From the NCBI RefSeq assembly GCF_009914755.1, contig NC_060926.1: DNA of 64,000 bases; one strand, given 5' to 3'. A program made the translations under genes and the position numbers. This document shows, in pieces, positions 1 through 15,959 of the stretch. Below the pieces are notes generated by a model. The model saw only the letters and a list, made by a program, of their open reading frames with translations, made no database searches and was not told the origin of the DNA. Each line of letters starts with the position of its first letter. Position 1 is the stretch's first letter. The DNA comes from the human T2T-CHM13v2.0 reference genome, Homo sapiens.

Positions 1-103
1 TCACGGTGTTAGCCAGGGTGGTCTCGATCTCCTGACCTCGTGATCCGCCTGCCTCAGCCTCCCAAAGTGCTGGGATTACAGGCCTGAGCCACCGTGCCTG
101 GCC
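1..103 (-). mobile_element. Alu (AluY/Sc-like) left-arm end, cut by window edge
   Basis: Reverse complement of the Alu 5' end: ...GATCTCCTGACCTCGTGATCCGCC...CCCAAAGTGCTGGGATTACAGGC...CCTGGCC. Confidence 0.9.
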
Positions 104-952
104 GGATCTTTGTTTTGATGACACAATTTTGGCTATTTGTGATTTATTTCAAGCAGTGCCTGGCCTGTAACTCCATCTTGAATTGTAACACTGTTCCCAT
201 GGGAACTTTGATAGGGTTTCTAGCAGTACTTGAGAACAAAAAGGGAGTTCCCACATCCTGCCAATGTTGATCATAGCACACGTGCTGGTGTGTGTGAATA
301 ACGTAGAATGGAAGATGTTCCAGAACTAGGTGGTCAGCCTTCAAACTGCTAAAGCTTTGTTATAACTATTTTGGTAGCTGTCTTTCCAAGATGGTCATAT
401 GTATTGTAACAAGTGCTGTATTGGATCGGGCTAAGGTTTCCTTGGCAACTCAGGATCATTCTGCATGCTGTCACTGAGCTCTGCAGGGATTCTCTGGGGC
501 CCCAGAGCCCCATGCTTCCCACTGGGGTCATTTTGCCCCTGCCTGAAATCACCCGTACTTTGGGAAGCTGGGTCCTCTCCTCTTTGGCTGCCACTTTGCA
601 GGATGCTGCCTGCTTGCTAGCCATCCTCCCAATTTCTGCATTGTCTGATTTGCAGTCCATCTCAGCAGTTTGGAGCTCAGCTTCTTAACTCAGTGAATTA
701 GCACTCGGTGTTGAGTTGTGGGTTGAGGGGGCTGGCAGTGCTGCCTTGGCTCACACACAGTCCAACCACCAGAGATCGAGTTGCTATCTCATCTTCAGTG
801 TTTTCTCCGCCCCTCGCATCTTCCCCTGCTGGGACTGTGCTTTCTCTCCTAGATGGTGATCTTGCTGGAGAAGGAAGTATCCACTCGGGTGTTTGTTTCT
901 GAACTTTTGAGTGATTCAGGGGAGAGGATACACTAAGGGATGAATTTTAAGG

Positions 953-1245
953 TTTTTTTTTTTTTGAGATGAAGTTTTGCTCTTGTTGTCCAGGCTGGAG
1001 TGCAGTGGTGCAATCTTGGCTCACTGCAGCCTTTACCTCCTGAGTTCAAGCGATTCTTCTGCCTCAGCCTTCTGAGTAGCTGAGATTACAGGTGTCCACC
1101 ACTACACCTGGCTAATTTTTGTATTTTTAGTAGAGATGGGGTTTCACCATGTTGGCCAGGCTGGTCACGAACTCCTGACCTCAGGTGATCTCGCCTCGGC
1201 CTCCCAAAGTGCTGGGATTACAGGCATGAGCCACCGTGCCCGGCC
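953..1245 (-). mobile_element. AluS, full length
   Basis: Dimeric Alu with poly(T) at 953; TSD TGAATTTTAAG at 941-951 and 1246-1256. Confidence 0.93.
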
Positions 1246-2559
1246 TGAATTTTAAGTTTTTTAAAAAGGGATGTGAAGGGTTGTTGTAGGAGATAGAAAC
1301 GTAGGCTCTCTGCTGACCTGATTGCCAGTTTAAAACTAGACCTACTCACAGAACTGAGGAATAGAGGAGGCAGCTTGTGATTTATTGCTAATGGCTAATG
1401 GAGGCAGTTAATGCTTTCTTTCCAGTTCAAATACTATTTCTTATTTAAAGACTACCAATAAGGTTAATAAAGGTTTTTATTTCCCTCTGAAATCACACAT
1501 AAATGACATATTACTCCAGGTCATTTTTCCATCATAGGATTTGCATCATCTGACTGTGGGAAGGGCTCTCCTTGGTAAACACAGGTGGCTCCAGGCTCAT
1601 AGCACCCCACAGGACCTTCTTAGGTTTTAGGATGAGAGCACTTGAATTTGATGTCCCAGAGTGTTAGAATGTTATCAGAGGGGATCATAGTATTGACTGG
1701 GGATATTCACCGTCTCTTCTACTCCTCAGCTCTGCTGGTAGGTCTAGTTTTAAACTTGCAGTCAGGCCAGCAGAGAGCCCGCATTCCTGTCTCCTACAGT
1801 GATCCTTCACAGCACCTTTTTAAAAACTTAAAATTCAATATTGCATTACAAATATTGCATTCGCTTTATAGACTCCCACGTGCCATCCATAAAAATCATT
1901 TAAAAAGGTGAATATGTGTAATGTTGCCTTGAATATAAATGACATTTTCAATCTGTAAAAATAAAATATCTGCATTTCCATACTCTCTGGACACCCTCTG
2001 GATCTGAAACTGGCCTTAGAGATAATCTCATTGGGTCTTCAAGAACATATGAGGAAAAAGATTTCCTTGGTCTCATCTGGTTGTTAAAAGAAGGAGATTG
2101 GAACTTGGGCTTCCTGAATCCCAGTCTAGTGTGCTTCCTAGCCACCTGAAAGGGATATAAAGATGTGATTCAGTTGGTTACTGAGCTGCCTGTTTTATCA
2201 CCTACAATTGAATTTAATAGGATCATCCTGAGATGCCATACAAATTTCTTGATGTCATCAACAGGGACTTTGCCCTCATCATCCAGAGGGTAAAAGGACA
2301 CCTTTATCAGGATTGAGGATTGTATGGGAGGAGCACTGCAAAGCATGTCCAGGATTAAGGCCACACAGCTCTCCTAGGAGACCCTCAGGATGGCTTTTCT
2401 CTGTGGCAGCTGCTCGTGTTTGATTTGCAGGCCGCTAATACAAATCCACTGTTTAGTGACGAGGGAGTACTTGCCTTACTAGTAAGTAACCCTCCTTGAG
2501 CCCGTGGTATGTTCTAGTTCTGGGCTGCGTGCTTCAATTGCACTGTGTCATCTGGCTCC

Positions 2560-2680
2560 TGAGCCTGGAGCTGGACTCCCATTTTACAGACAAGCAAACA
2601 GAGGTGGCAAGAGGGTCCCATAGCTAGTAAGGTGCCAAGACAGGACTGTGACCCAGGCATGTCAGACTTCAAAACACACG
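2560..2680. mobile_element. MIR fragment
   Basis: CCCATTTTACAGA...AAACAGAGG...GCTAGTAAG...ACCCAGG...TCAGACTTCAAA resembles the MIR core. Confidence 0.6.
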
Positions 2681-3378
2681 ACTGCAAGCTGTGCTGGGAA
2701 ATGATTGCTCTGGGGAGGACACTGTCCTCAGGCTCCTGTGGATGACTGACAGGAAGTCCAGGGCCACCTCCAGGCTCCCGGTTGCCACTTGTCTCTTTCT
2801 GGTACAGGTGAATCAGTGATGGCTTTGGGGACTCCCTCAACGCTTAGGTGTCCTCTTCTCTCATCCTGGGGAGAATCCAGTGTGTAAGTGCAGGAGTCTG
2901 CATGGCTTGCCTTCGTGGGTCATTGGGCACCATCCTGGGGGGCAGGTTCAGCTGAGGGCAGGTTCAGTCCCCCAAGGCTCAGCCACTTCATCCTTCACAC
3001 TGAAAGATGCCTTGGCTGGGGGAGCTGGATGGTGTCATGTCCAGAGGCGCTCAGGGCTGTCTGACTTGCAGACAGAGGGTCTTCACCTCGCTGCCTGGGA
3101 TGATAAGGCTTGTGTCTCAGGACTTTGAGGCTTGAGGGATCTAAGTCGTGAGAGCATCCCTATTTCTTCTGATAAGAGATTTGAGGATTTCTGAGAATCA
3201 GATGTAATTATGCCACATCATGGATGAATGTTTTAACACATATTCTGGAAGTTGCTAAGTGTTTCTTTCAAAGCAAGTAGCAATGGCTGATTCCCGAGTG
3301 TGCACTCTGGACCAGCCCTGGTCTACATGCTTTATGTGTAAAAGTTCAGTGTGTCCTTATGACAAGCCAGCCAGCTGT

Positions 3379-3765
<387 letters not shown>

Positions 3766-4080
3766 CTATCCCGGCGCAGCTGCCTCTCTCTCAGGACCGC
3801 TGCTGTACCGCGGTTTCCTCGTCCTGCCGAGAGGGTGCTGCCTGCCCTGCCCAGCCCCAGGGCGAGGGTGTATGCGTGCAGAAGGGACTTGGGAACCAGG
3901 GCGGGCATGAGGCTGTTGGCATTTCTGTAACGGAGGCCTCCTGCATTACTGTGGATTTTAGTGGGGGAAGAATTGGCTTGTTTTACAAGTCAGCTTTCCT
4001 TGTTAATGAGCTTTCCTTGTTGCTCACAGCTTATTGTCCATGTAGTGAGTACAGTTGAGAAATCTGGCTGTTATTTATGA

Positions 4081-4593
4081 CAGGGGTACCCAATCCCTGG
4101 GCCATGGACTGATACCAGTCTGTGCCCTGTTAGGAACTGGGTTGCACAGCAGGAGGTGAGTGGCGGGAGAGCGAGCAAAGCTATAGCTGTATTTACATCA
4201 GCTCCCATCACTCCCATTACCGCTTGATTTCCATCTTTTGTCTGATCAGATTCTCACAGGAGCACAAACCTTATTGTGAACTGCACATGCGGGGGATTTA
4301 GGTTTCACACTCCTTATGAGAATCTAACGCCTCATGATCTGTCACTGTCTTCCGTCACCCTCAGATGAGACTGTCTAGTTGCAGAAAAGCAAACTCATGG
4401 CTCCAACTGATTCTACATTATGGTGAGTTGTATAATTATTTAATTCTATATTACAATGTAATAATAATAGAAATAAAGTGCACAATAAATGTGATGCGCT
4501 TGAATCATCCCAAAACCATCTCCCCGCCAGGTCCATGGAAAAGTCATCTTCCATGAAACCAGTCCTTGGTGCCAAAAAGGTTGGAGACTGCTG
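4081..4593. mobile_element. MER1A (hAT-Charlie) non-autonomous DNA transposon, full length
   Basis: Termini CAGGGGTACCCAATCC...GGTTGGAGACTGCTG; perfect 8-bp TSD ATTTATGA at 4073-4080 and 4594-4601, typical of hAT elements. Confidence 0.88.
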
Positions 4594-6031
4594 ATTTATG
4601 ACATTATCAGTCAATTTATGGGCCCAGAGTGTCAGACCTGGGCCAGGATCTGCATGGGCCAGGTGTCACCAGGAAGTCACTCTCTGCCCTCAGGAAGCTG
4701 AGGGTCTTGTGGGATGAACAGCCAGGTCAGTCGGTAGCTGCTGAGCAGGGTGACCCATGGAGTGTGACAGACAGGCATGAGGTTGCTGCCCAAGACAGAG
4801 GAGGCCAGAGAGGGCTTTCTTGGGGTGCAGCCCATGCTTTGTTGGGTGAGAAGGCAAGAAACACATTTGTGTGCCCAAAGCAGGGCAGGGCTAAAGTTGG
4901 AAATGGAAATGAAGGAGCAGGTAGCCATGCAGCCTTGTGCTTTCCAGCAACAGGGTGGACACTTGGTCCCAAGAGGACGCAGCTGAAAGACCCTCTGGCA
5001 GGGAGAACGTGTGAGGACTCTGTGGTGGATTCTGAGTTGTGCCTCTCTGGCTTAATCTCATCTGATTCTAGCAGTAACTCCAAGAGGTAAGCACATTTGT
5101 GAGTCCTGTTTTCCAATGGAAAAGCTACATGAGGCCCACCAGGTCCCAGAACTCAACAATGGTGGGGCTGGGGTTCAAAGCCAAGATCTCTGACTGCAGG
5201 GGCTGTGCTCTCAGCCTGTCCCTGCTCCTACTCTGGGAGCTGGTCTGGAAGGGTTTGGGGACTGGCTGAGAAATGTGAACATCCCCAGGGGCTGAGGCGT
5301 GATGCTGGAAGAGGTGCATTTGGGGACAGTCATATCCAGCTGTAATGGACAGGGCCAGGAGAGGCTGCAAGGCTGCAGGTGGGCCACTGTGGCAGGAGTT
5401 GTTTGAGTGTCTGGGGATTAGAGGATTAGAGCCTCAACCAGGGGTGTGGCTGAGAGGAGGGCGTGGCAGGGGCTCAGAGAGGTGGGGGATCCCTGGGAGA
5501 ACTGAGCCTGGCACTAGCTTGGATGTGAAGGCTGTGAGAGATGGAGAGGCAGAAGTAGGTGAGGGTGCTTGTGATCACAAGGCAATCGACTGTTCATTTA
5601 GAAGAGAAGCCGTTTGAGGCTTCCTGATGTATCCTTGTTACTAGGCATAAAGCATGAGCAATGCCAACAAGACTGGTTCTTTCGGAACAATAGTTAAATC
5701 CTGGGGGCAGGTGAGAGGTGGGGAATCCCCACCTTATAAGTCAGGCACGAGTATGCAGTGATGAGTTGAGTTTAGTTCAGGGTGCTACAGAGTTAGGAGT
5801 GTGTAGGAAGACAAGGTGGGGCTAAGTGTGGTATGCACGGGTTTCTCTCTCCCACCTACCAGCTGGGTGACTCCAGGAAGAGGGGCAGCCTCCTGAGCCT
5901 TCGTTTCCTTTCTGTCCAGTGGGAATGTGATGCTTCCTGATGGTCTGTTCTTCCCCTGTACACCCTCCCTGGAGCATGGTTGGGTGACGTGCATTACATA
6001 TCGTAAGGCGATGTTTCCTGGGGAGGGGAAC

Positions 6032-6407
6032 ATGTCTTAGTCTAGCACCTACCTAAGTCTGTGGAAGTTAATAAAGAAAAAAAAGGTTTATTTGGGTCAC
6101 AATTCTGCTGACTGGAAGACTGGGCAACTGGCAAGGGTCTCAGGCTACTTCTGCTTGTGGAAGGCGAAGGGGAGCTGGTGTGCAGAGATCATACAGTGAG
6201 AGAGGAAGCCGGGAGCAGGACATGCCAGGCTTTTTGTAACAACCAGCTCTCAGGGGAACTAGTAGAGCAAGAGCTCACTCACCACCACCCCCAGGGAGGG
6301 CATTAATCTATTCATAGGGGATGCAAATACCTCCCATCGGGCCCCGTCCAACATTGGGGATCACATTTTAATACAAGGTTTGGGGGACAAATATCCAAAC
6401 TATAGCC
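6032..6407 (-). mobile_element. MaLR solo LTR (MST family)
   Basis: TGTCTTAGT start, AGGTTTATTTGGGTCACAATTCTGC, GAAGGCGAAGGGGAGC, ending GGGGACAAATATCCAAACTATAGC. Confidence 0.75.
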
Positions 6408-6893
6408 TATCACCTATCACTCAGTGGTGCCTCCTGGGGAGGGGAGGGTTGGGGGCTGTGTATCTTATATGTCGCAGGTGTCTAAAGCGTAGATGGTGTC
6501 AGAAAGTACTTCCCCTCCTCCAGCCCCCTCCTTGGGATGTGTCCTCAGGATCTAGAGGGAGTTTATGGATGCTGATTTGGGAATTCTGCTGGCTGGCAGA
6601 GACAGGAGCTGAGGATGGACACCTGCTTGTTTTCCTTTACAAATGCTTTGGCTCTAACATTGACCTGGAAAGACGCCAGGACAGATACCATGGACCTTAC
6701 TTTATGTGTGCCTAGGCTTGATCTCCTTAGAAAGTCTCACTGAAGACAAGTGGTGGTGGAGCATCTCAGCAGAGCTGTTAAAATTCCTAAAAGGCGCTGG
6801 TGTAAATACAGCTACTGCGAGAAGTTGCTCTGACACGTAAGCCCTCAGAGAGCCGGGCCTCTCTCATTTTTCCCCTCTTAGGGCTCCTCAACC

Positions 6894-7301
6894 TTTTTTA
6901 AATTTATTTATTTATTTTTAATTTTTTTTATTATACTTTAAGTTTTAGGGTACATGTGCACAACGTGCAGGCTTGTTACCTATGTATACATGTGCCATGT
7001 TGGTGTGCTGCACCCATTAACTTGTCATTTAACATTAGTCCCTACAAAGGACATGAACTCATCATTTTTTATGGCTGCATAGTATTCCATGGTGTATATG
7101 TGCCACATTTGCTTAATCCAGTCTATCATTGTTGGACATTTGGGTTGGTTCCAAGTCTTTGCTGTTGTGAATAGTGCCACAATAAACATACGTGTGCATG
7201 TGTCTTTATAGCTGCATGATTTATAATCCTTTGGGTATATACCCAATAATGGGATGGCTGGGTCAAATGGTATTTCTAGTTCTAGATCCCCGAGGAATCA
7301 C
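6894..7301 (-). mobile_element. L1PA 3' end, 5'-truncated, with internal deletion
   Basis: TTATTATACTTTAAGTTTTAGGGTACATGTGCACAACGTGCAGG is the L1PA 3' terminus; ORF 7025..7246 is an ORF2p C-terminal remnant (GIYPKDYKSC...WNQPKCP...YTMEYYAAIKNDEFMSF). Confidence 0.92.
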
Positions 7302-7872
7302 CTTTTAACAATGAGAATAATGTTTAGCCCCTTGGCTGGGTCCTTTTCTCACCTTGGTATTGCAGGGTTAGAGATGATTACCAAAAAAACCACCTCTTGG
7401 TTTTTGGCTTGGTGGTAAGAGCCTCTTGGCTGATGCCTTTCAAGATAGCTGAAATTGTCACCTCTCCAAGGGATTTGCACCCTCTCTGACTGAGGGACTC
7501 CTTTGATTTGGAGGGAAAAGTCCCCCAAAGTCTGTATAGTGATAGCTGGGGCACTGATCCCGCCAAATAGGAGGCTGAAGTTGAGAATAATAGAGCCTTG
7601 TTGACCTTGGCAGCTTTTCCACAGTGGAATTGCAGGACCCAGCAAGGAGATCCCACAGAGTCTGAGAACTGAGCTCACCCCCGAGGCGGGAATAGGAACT
7701 CGCGGGCAGCTTTGGCACAAGCCCAGAACTATTTTTGGTGTGTGGTGTGTTGACTGTAGGGCTCTGCCATTTGTTTCTTCTCTAATGAAACAGGTGATTA
7801 CCGTGTTGAAAGAAAGGAAATTGCAAGTGCAAGTTTAAGGGCCATCAAAGGGCGGACTGGAGTTCTCAATAG

Positions 7873-8201
<329 letters not shown>

Positions 8202-8672
8202 GCAAATATTCTTAAGCTTGGAGACTTCACGATTCCACAGTGAGTAACTGGAATCGCCATCCTGTGTGCAGTCGGCAGCTCAGGATAAGAATGAAACTTC
8301 TTAATAATGGCTCTGCTTCCCTCCAAACAATGTGTTTTCCATGATCTCTCTGGTCTATTACCAACTATTTGTGGTTGGACCAAGTATGAATGAAAGAATG
8401 CACTTAGAGTTTGATAGATGGGCTAGGACTGGTTTCAGTTTTGTGATCTGGATATGTTTTTGCTTCTTGATGTCCTTCCCTTCCCCCTACATCCTCTCCA
8501 GGGCTTTAGTTTGTTTGTTACAATGAGATTCTACATGATTTTTGTATTTATAAATTTGCTTCTAAGGTGAACCCCACTGGCTGTGGGGGATGGAGGAGGC
8601 CTACTCTTCTCTTGTGTCTGTTAAATCCTTAAGGAATTATTTTTGGTCCAGGAAAACTCTGATGCCTCTCTC

Positions 8673-8986
8673 TTTTTTTTTTCTTTTACTTTTTTTAAAG
8701 AGTTGGGGCCTTGCTCTGTTGCCCAGGCTGAAGTGCAGTAACATGACTGATCATAACTCACTGCGGCCTCGGCCTCCTGGGCTCAAGTGATCCTCCCACC
8801 TCAGCCTCCCTGAGTAGCTAGGACTACAGCACAGGCTGCAACCCCTGGCTAATTTTTAAAAATTTTGTTAGAGATGGGGTCTTGCTGTGTTGCTCAGGCT
8901 GGTTCCAAACTCTTGGCCTCAAGCAGTTCTCCTGCCTCAGCTTCCTGAGTAGCTGGGACTACAGCTGTGAGCCACAGTATTTGGCC
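8673..8986 (-). mobile_element. AluJ (old, diverged)
   Basis: Dimeric Alu with J-type CCTGGGCTCAAGTGATCCTCCCACCTCAGCC and GGGGTCTTGCTGTGTTGC. Confidence 0.85.
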
Positions 8987-9139
8987 CTATTTAATTTTAT
9001 TTTTCTGTAGACTCTTCGGCCAAGCCTGGCTGTTTCCCAGTTTACAGCTAGTATTTACTCTTCTACCCATTCAAACTTTCACCTTTTCTAGAACTCAGCC
9101 AGGCAGCAATGTGATGGTAAAGGTGTAAAAATTGGATCT

Positions 9140-9305
9140 TTGGGAGGGGGAAAAAAGAGCACTTACTTGTATCAACTGCCAGTTTCCAAGGTGTAAATAC
9201 TCCCATCATGATCAATCAGGCTACCAATGTGATATCACCTGGCTTGCAGAACCTCTGCAATTTAATAGTCAGCCCTGGCAAGCTGGCAAAAACTGCCACT
9301 GGCAC
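9140..9305. mobile_element. hAT (MER63-like) DNA transposon fragment
   Basis: GGTGTAAATACTCCCATCATG...GCTACCAATGTGATATCAC; a related copy lies at 54321-54502. Confidence 0.5.
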
Positions 9306-10699
9306 CCTATTGAGCCAGGAAGTGAGTTTCTAACTTCCCCTTTCTTCCTGTTTCTAATCAAGGCTGCAAGTTCCTTTAGGGTTTCAAAGGCACTTATGGA
9401 TGATGGTCATGACACTACAACTGGACCATTGCAAATAAAAATGACAATGGGGAGGTCGTAATTGTTTTTCTTTTTAAAGCCTCTTCTTAGTCATCGTCTT
9501 CCTTGGAATATAAATGAGGAAGGCCAGTTTCCTTCACGGAATCATTTTCCATCTCTGTTGGCAGTGGGCCTGGACAGAATTCTGTGTTCTTACTCCCAGG
9601 GCTAGTTGTTCCTGGCTTCCCCCCTCCTTTAGTAAGGACAAATGAACTTAGGTCATCAACTTGCTGCCTAAGCCACATTAAATCATCACCCTCAAAAGCT
9701 GAGGGAAGACTGTGCTAATCCTGCAAAGAAGTCTTTACTAGGTGTATCAAGAAGGTTCAGAGTCATTTTGCAGGAAAGAGTAACTGCTGGTGCTACTGGC
9801 AGGGCCACTGTTTGCGTTTTCTCATTCCCTCCCTCATCCTTCCTGCTGCAAACAGGAGATGTTGGCGGATGCTGTCCATTGACAGGGTGGTTGGAGAAAT
9901 GAGGATGGTGTGCTCAGAGACCCCACCACCCCTGCTAGAAGGAAAGTTAAGTTTGGATGGAAGGGGAATAGAGAGAAGTCTTAAGACAGGAGCTGTCAAA
10001 CTATGACCAGCAGTAGTTGGGACCCAGCTACACTTGCTCACAGATGCCTTGTCTGTGGGGGACTGTGTGGCCAGCAAAACCCAGAACATTTTGACCCTTG
10101 ACAGACATTGCCAACTCTGCCTTAGAGCACTGTGCTGCACTGACCACAGGAGTGAAAAGGCCACACTTGGAGCCCACATAGCAGGTCCCCCATGGCCTGG
10201 TGGTATGGACGAGTGGGGAGGCTTTCTGCTGCCCCCACTCTCCCCACTCAGATCCTTCTTTTTTTTAGTTACTTAAGAATCATCATTTAGCATGAGTGTG
10301 TTAAATGAGTTTATTTCAGCACATTTCAGTGCATCTGTGACTCACCCTAGACATTCAGTGCTCTACGTGTGCCCAGGCTGGATGCCTGTGCAAGAAGACC
10401 ATGTTGTTTGTGACATGGGTGGTCACTAGTTTTATGTTTTAGTGTCTGACTTTAGCTCTGTCTTCCTTTCCTTTTTTTCCCGCTGCTATTGCATTATTCA
10501 TTTTTCCTTTTCCCCCAGTTTGCTGCTCATTCTGTAGATACATACCTTGGTGAGCCTCACTGGAGAGCTGTGGCACCTTTCAGAGTGGAGACTGGTGGGG
10601 GCAGAGCTTAGGAATGGGTCAGGCACAAAGAAGTAGTGCAGACTTCTTAATATGGTTGGCTTTTTCCCTCAGTGCTCAGTGTTTCAAAGGAAAGATGCA

Positions 10700-11004
<305 letters not shown>

Positions 11005-12056
11005 TCAAGCTCATTGGTAGTGTTACAGCTCTCTCTGCTCAATGTCAGCCATGCTGAGTCATGGAAGAGTCAGTAAGAAAAGATTATTCAGAAAAAATTT
11101 ACAGAAAATATTTTGAGACATTCCAGTGAGGGAGTGAAGGGGAGAAGTCCTGAGCAGAAGGAATCGAGGGAGCAGAAAATAAAGACCTGAAGTTCTTTTT
11201 CAAAGCAATTTGGAATGTCTTCTTCCTTTTTCCACATCTTATTGGTGATTGCCATAGGTTCTGGCATCTAGCTTCAGTTTTCAACTATATAGGTTAAAAC
11301 TGTAAGTACAAAACTATACTTAAGTATAAAACTATAATCCCCCATATATGATTTTAACAAGATTTTTAAGCTATACATTATACTTAGGGCTTACTACTTT
11401 AAAACATGCCATTACTGTGTTTATGCATGCAACATGATGCATCCATAAATCTACCTTCTTGTAAAAGGGCCATCCCCTTTGCCTCCAGCAAGCTAAGTAG
11501 CTTGAGCAATGCTAAAAGAACAATACACACCACTCATCGGTGTCCCGTGGGAATACCATGGAGGTCAGGCCAGTGGGAACCCAGAAGTTAAATTAATAGC
11601 AGAACTGCTTCAGGAGTAGTTCTAGTAAGTGTTCTTTATGATATGGTTCCTGGCATATGGGATTTCATTTTTCCATTTTTTCCAGAACCAGGATAGCCAT
11701 ATTTTTAAAAAGGATGATGGCGGAGAAAAGTGGCATTTTTAGACCAAAATGTAGCTACCAATTTATGTAGCTGCTTGACAAATCATAGGTACAGGAGATG
11801 CGGTAGAACCAATTAGAACAAGACTTCTCAGCACTTGCAGGTGGAACATGAATTGAATTATTAGCTCTCTCTGATGCCTGGACCATATTTGATATAAAAG
11901 TATTGGGGAGACTTGAAGGTTTATATCCTGGCAAGGGGTGATGATTGGTAGAAATAACCCCCAGGCTAGGAGAGCTGGTGTCTTATTCATTATTTCCTGT
12001 TTTACATTGTATTTCCCCAGTCATCCCCCATTGGTATTGTTTAGTGTCTGAATTCT

Positions 12057-12373
<317 letters not shown>

Positions 12374-14195
12374 TAGTGTCTGAATTCTCTCCACTTGACC
12401 GTAAGCTTCATCAGGTAAGGAGCTATAGTTGTGTTTATTGTTGTATCTTTCACATGTAGAGAAACATTTATTAAATGTTGAACATAGTGATACAAGGTGA
12501 TCTCTCTAAATGTGGCATGGGAGGGAAGCCTGTTCTGTGCAAAGTCTCTGTGGGACTTTCATTTACTAAAATGAAATCATCCTACACACCCAATTAAGAC
12601 AGGGCTTTTATGATGCGTTGAGTGCCTCCTTGTTAGGCTTAAATTGTGTGCTTTCAGGAAGCCAAAACAGCAATGAAGACTGTGATTTGCAAACATTGCA
12701 TCATTGGGTTACAAATTCAGAGCTTTTCTGGAGAGATCAAAACTATACATTTTCACCACCTGATGGGGTCTGACTGTTGGGAAATGACATTCCTGTTCTT
12801 GCATTATTTCTGGTCATTTGGTGAGTGATCTCAGAGTGCAGGGCTGTCTTTGTTCAGAACCCAGCTATCAGGAGTGAGATGAATGGAAAAATATGATGAC
12901 TTCAAGAGCCTTGCTAATGCTAGCTAGATTCCTGTGCTTGCGAGATGGGCTCTTGGCAGGAGGGAGAGGGCAAGATGGGCTCTCAGCAGGAGGGAGAGGG
13001 CTTCCCTGTTCAGAGGGGGACCTTCTGCAACATCTTCTTACACTTGACCTTAGTCTCTTCCTACTTCTAATCTTCGGACTGTAATGTTGCCCAGACTGAC
13101 TGATCTGGCCGTAGGTGGTAAGAATCTTACAAATCGATGCCATGGACTGGCAGCTGCTCAAACTGAAAACCTTTCAGTCAGGAGTTCCCTTCTCTTGGGT
13201 CTGTTGTGATGCCTTCTGGCACTGGCTTCTGAGAGGCCATCAGCACTGTTGGCCCTTCTCATTGCCTTCTTCACAGTAGGAATTAAGCCTGAACAGTAGA
13301 TCTCTGTCTTCCTGGTGGGCAACTGTGTTTTTTAAGACCTCAGTGAGAGTTGTCTTTGGAAACAAATGAATGGAACGCTGCATGCTGGCCTGTTCTCTGC
13401 TGTATCTTCAGGACTCCTGAGCCAAACCTGATTTCATCATCTTCTCGAGGGCTCAGTACACATTGAGCTGTCACCTGTGGTGTGTGGCCTGGAAGAAAGG
13501 CAGCTCATGAGTTTGCCTAACAGGACTCTCCCTTGGTCACTGAGGGCTGAGAAGTGGCACTAGGAACCACCACTGAGGCAGCCTTTGGAGGAGCCAGAAT
13601 TCTTTGGAGCAGGATTGCTGGTAGATTTGTTAGTTGTAAGGCCCACATCTCGTCATATGTACTATTTAATAATACTGAGTTGTGACTTTATTTGTGGTTA
13701 GAAAACCAGCTATGGGACAAACAGTGCTGGTTTGTCTCTAAGCATTTAAAATCATTTGGAAAGTGTTTGTACTTGCTGAGAGGCGGGTATATTATTTTTG
13801 CCAAGTTCATAGTACCATCCATTGGTGGTATGAAATTAATTTCTGAGCCCACCAAGTTTCAGGAAGGGTCCCTTGCTCCATACTATGATGGTGATGATGT
13901 GGCTGATGATGCTGTGCTGGTGAAGAACACAGCTCAGCTCCCTGTGGTGGAGGAGGGTGTTGAATTGTCGGGGAGGAAGCTGGAGGGAGCTTCTTATCTC
14001 TGCTCTGTGCTCTCTTGGTCATGGGTCCATTTTCATTTCTGTAGCTTCTAAGGGGTCCAGGCTAAAGGCATAAAGTTGCTTTATGCTGAACAAACTGACC
14101 GAGCTTAGCAAGTAGGATAGCTCTCCATAAGTTTAATAGGGTTGGGCAATGTATTTGAACATAGCATGTGTTTAATTGTTTTCATTGTTTGGCTA

Positions 14196-14295
14196 TATCT
14201 CTCTCTCTATATATATCTATATATATAACCAAAATACATATGTATAAAACAACCATACACACACACACACACACATGACCCCCCAAAATCAAATA
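14196..14295. repeat. (CT)/(TA) and (CA)n microsatellites
   Basis: TCTCTCTCTATATATATCTATATATATA, followed by about ten CA units. Confidence 0.8.
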
Positions 14296-14642
14296 GGCTG
14301 ATAGATTACTCAGAAAAAGATAAGTCACATAGGAAGTGGGCTATATAAAACCAGAACTTCCATGAACACAGATGCTCCCTCCCACTGGCACCTGGCATGC
14401 ATGGCAGGTGCTTTATATTGAAGTGCAGAAGTATATGAGTTTTAAATCTTTAAGAGACTTTAATGTTTTACTTGATAACAAAAGAAACATCACATCCTAT
14501 TTTCCTGAATAGTCCTTTATCTTCATATGGCTCATAACTGTTATAGTTTTGATAATCATGGCATTTTGGCCAAAACACTTTGCCAGAAACTATAATCTCT
14601 ACAAGTTTCCTTAGGCTATGAAGGTGTTTTAGAGGATTATAA

Positions 14643-15142
<500 letters not shown>

Positions 15143-15959
15143 AAACAGAATATTTCCTAAGGGTTCATCCTGCTCCACAGTCTGAGGTTGTTATTTGTTA
15201 ATTAAATAAATATTTGTTGGGCATTGACCATGTGCCAGGCACTGGGGCTCAAGGGGTGCGGATGACCCATCTGTTTCTCTCAGGAAGCTGACATCCAGGT
15301 GCACAGGGCATAGTTTACCTGTGAACAGAGAGGGCGCTTTTCTCCCCTCAGTAAGCTACCTTGCGTCACCTTCCTCTGTTCAAAGAGGACTGATAAATCA
15401 CCTCACTAAGCAGCTGTTGCCTGCAGGTAGCCCACACCGGGCTGGGTGCTGAGGCACAGAGGCACACAGGGCGCTCCCCACAGGAACCAAGCCCGGGAGG
15501 CACACCTGCATGCCAGGTGCTGGGGGCTGGGGGAGTCTGTGTCCTGGTTTGGTTCATGGGCATCCTGGTTTTATGTAGCTCACTTGCTGTGTGACTTATC
15601 TCTTCCTCAGTAATCTGCAGCACCTAGATCATTCAGGTTTTGTTTTGTTTTATATATATGTACATTTTTTGGTTTATTTATGTATATAAAGTACATACAT
15701 CACCAAATATAACCATATTATGGCTGTATTTGCTTACATGTATTTGGTTGTTTTGGTTATATATGTAGAGTTGAATGTCCTTTTATTTCCTTGTCATATC
15801 TATTTCTTATCTATAGCCTGTTAAGAATTCAAAGTTTTTGTCATCTCTATACAAAATGATGGCTATTTGTTGTTAGTGACTATGAATATTCGGAGAAAAT
15901 TATCTGCATATTGACTTGAAATACTCTTCCTAACAAAAATGCTTCCCCTCCTGCTCCAC

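Noticed and set aside
7025-7246. ORF with protein-like sequence
   Set aside because: C-terminal remnant of L1 ORF2p in a truncated, deleted copy.
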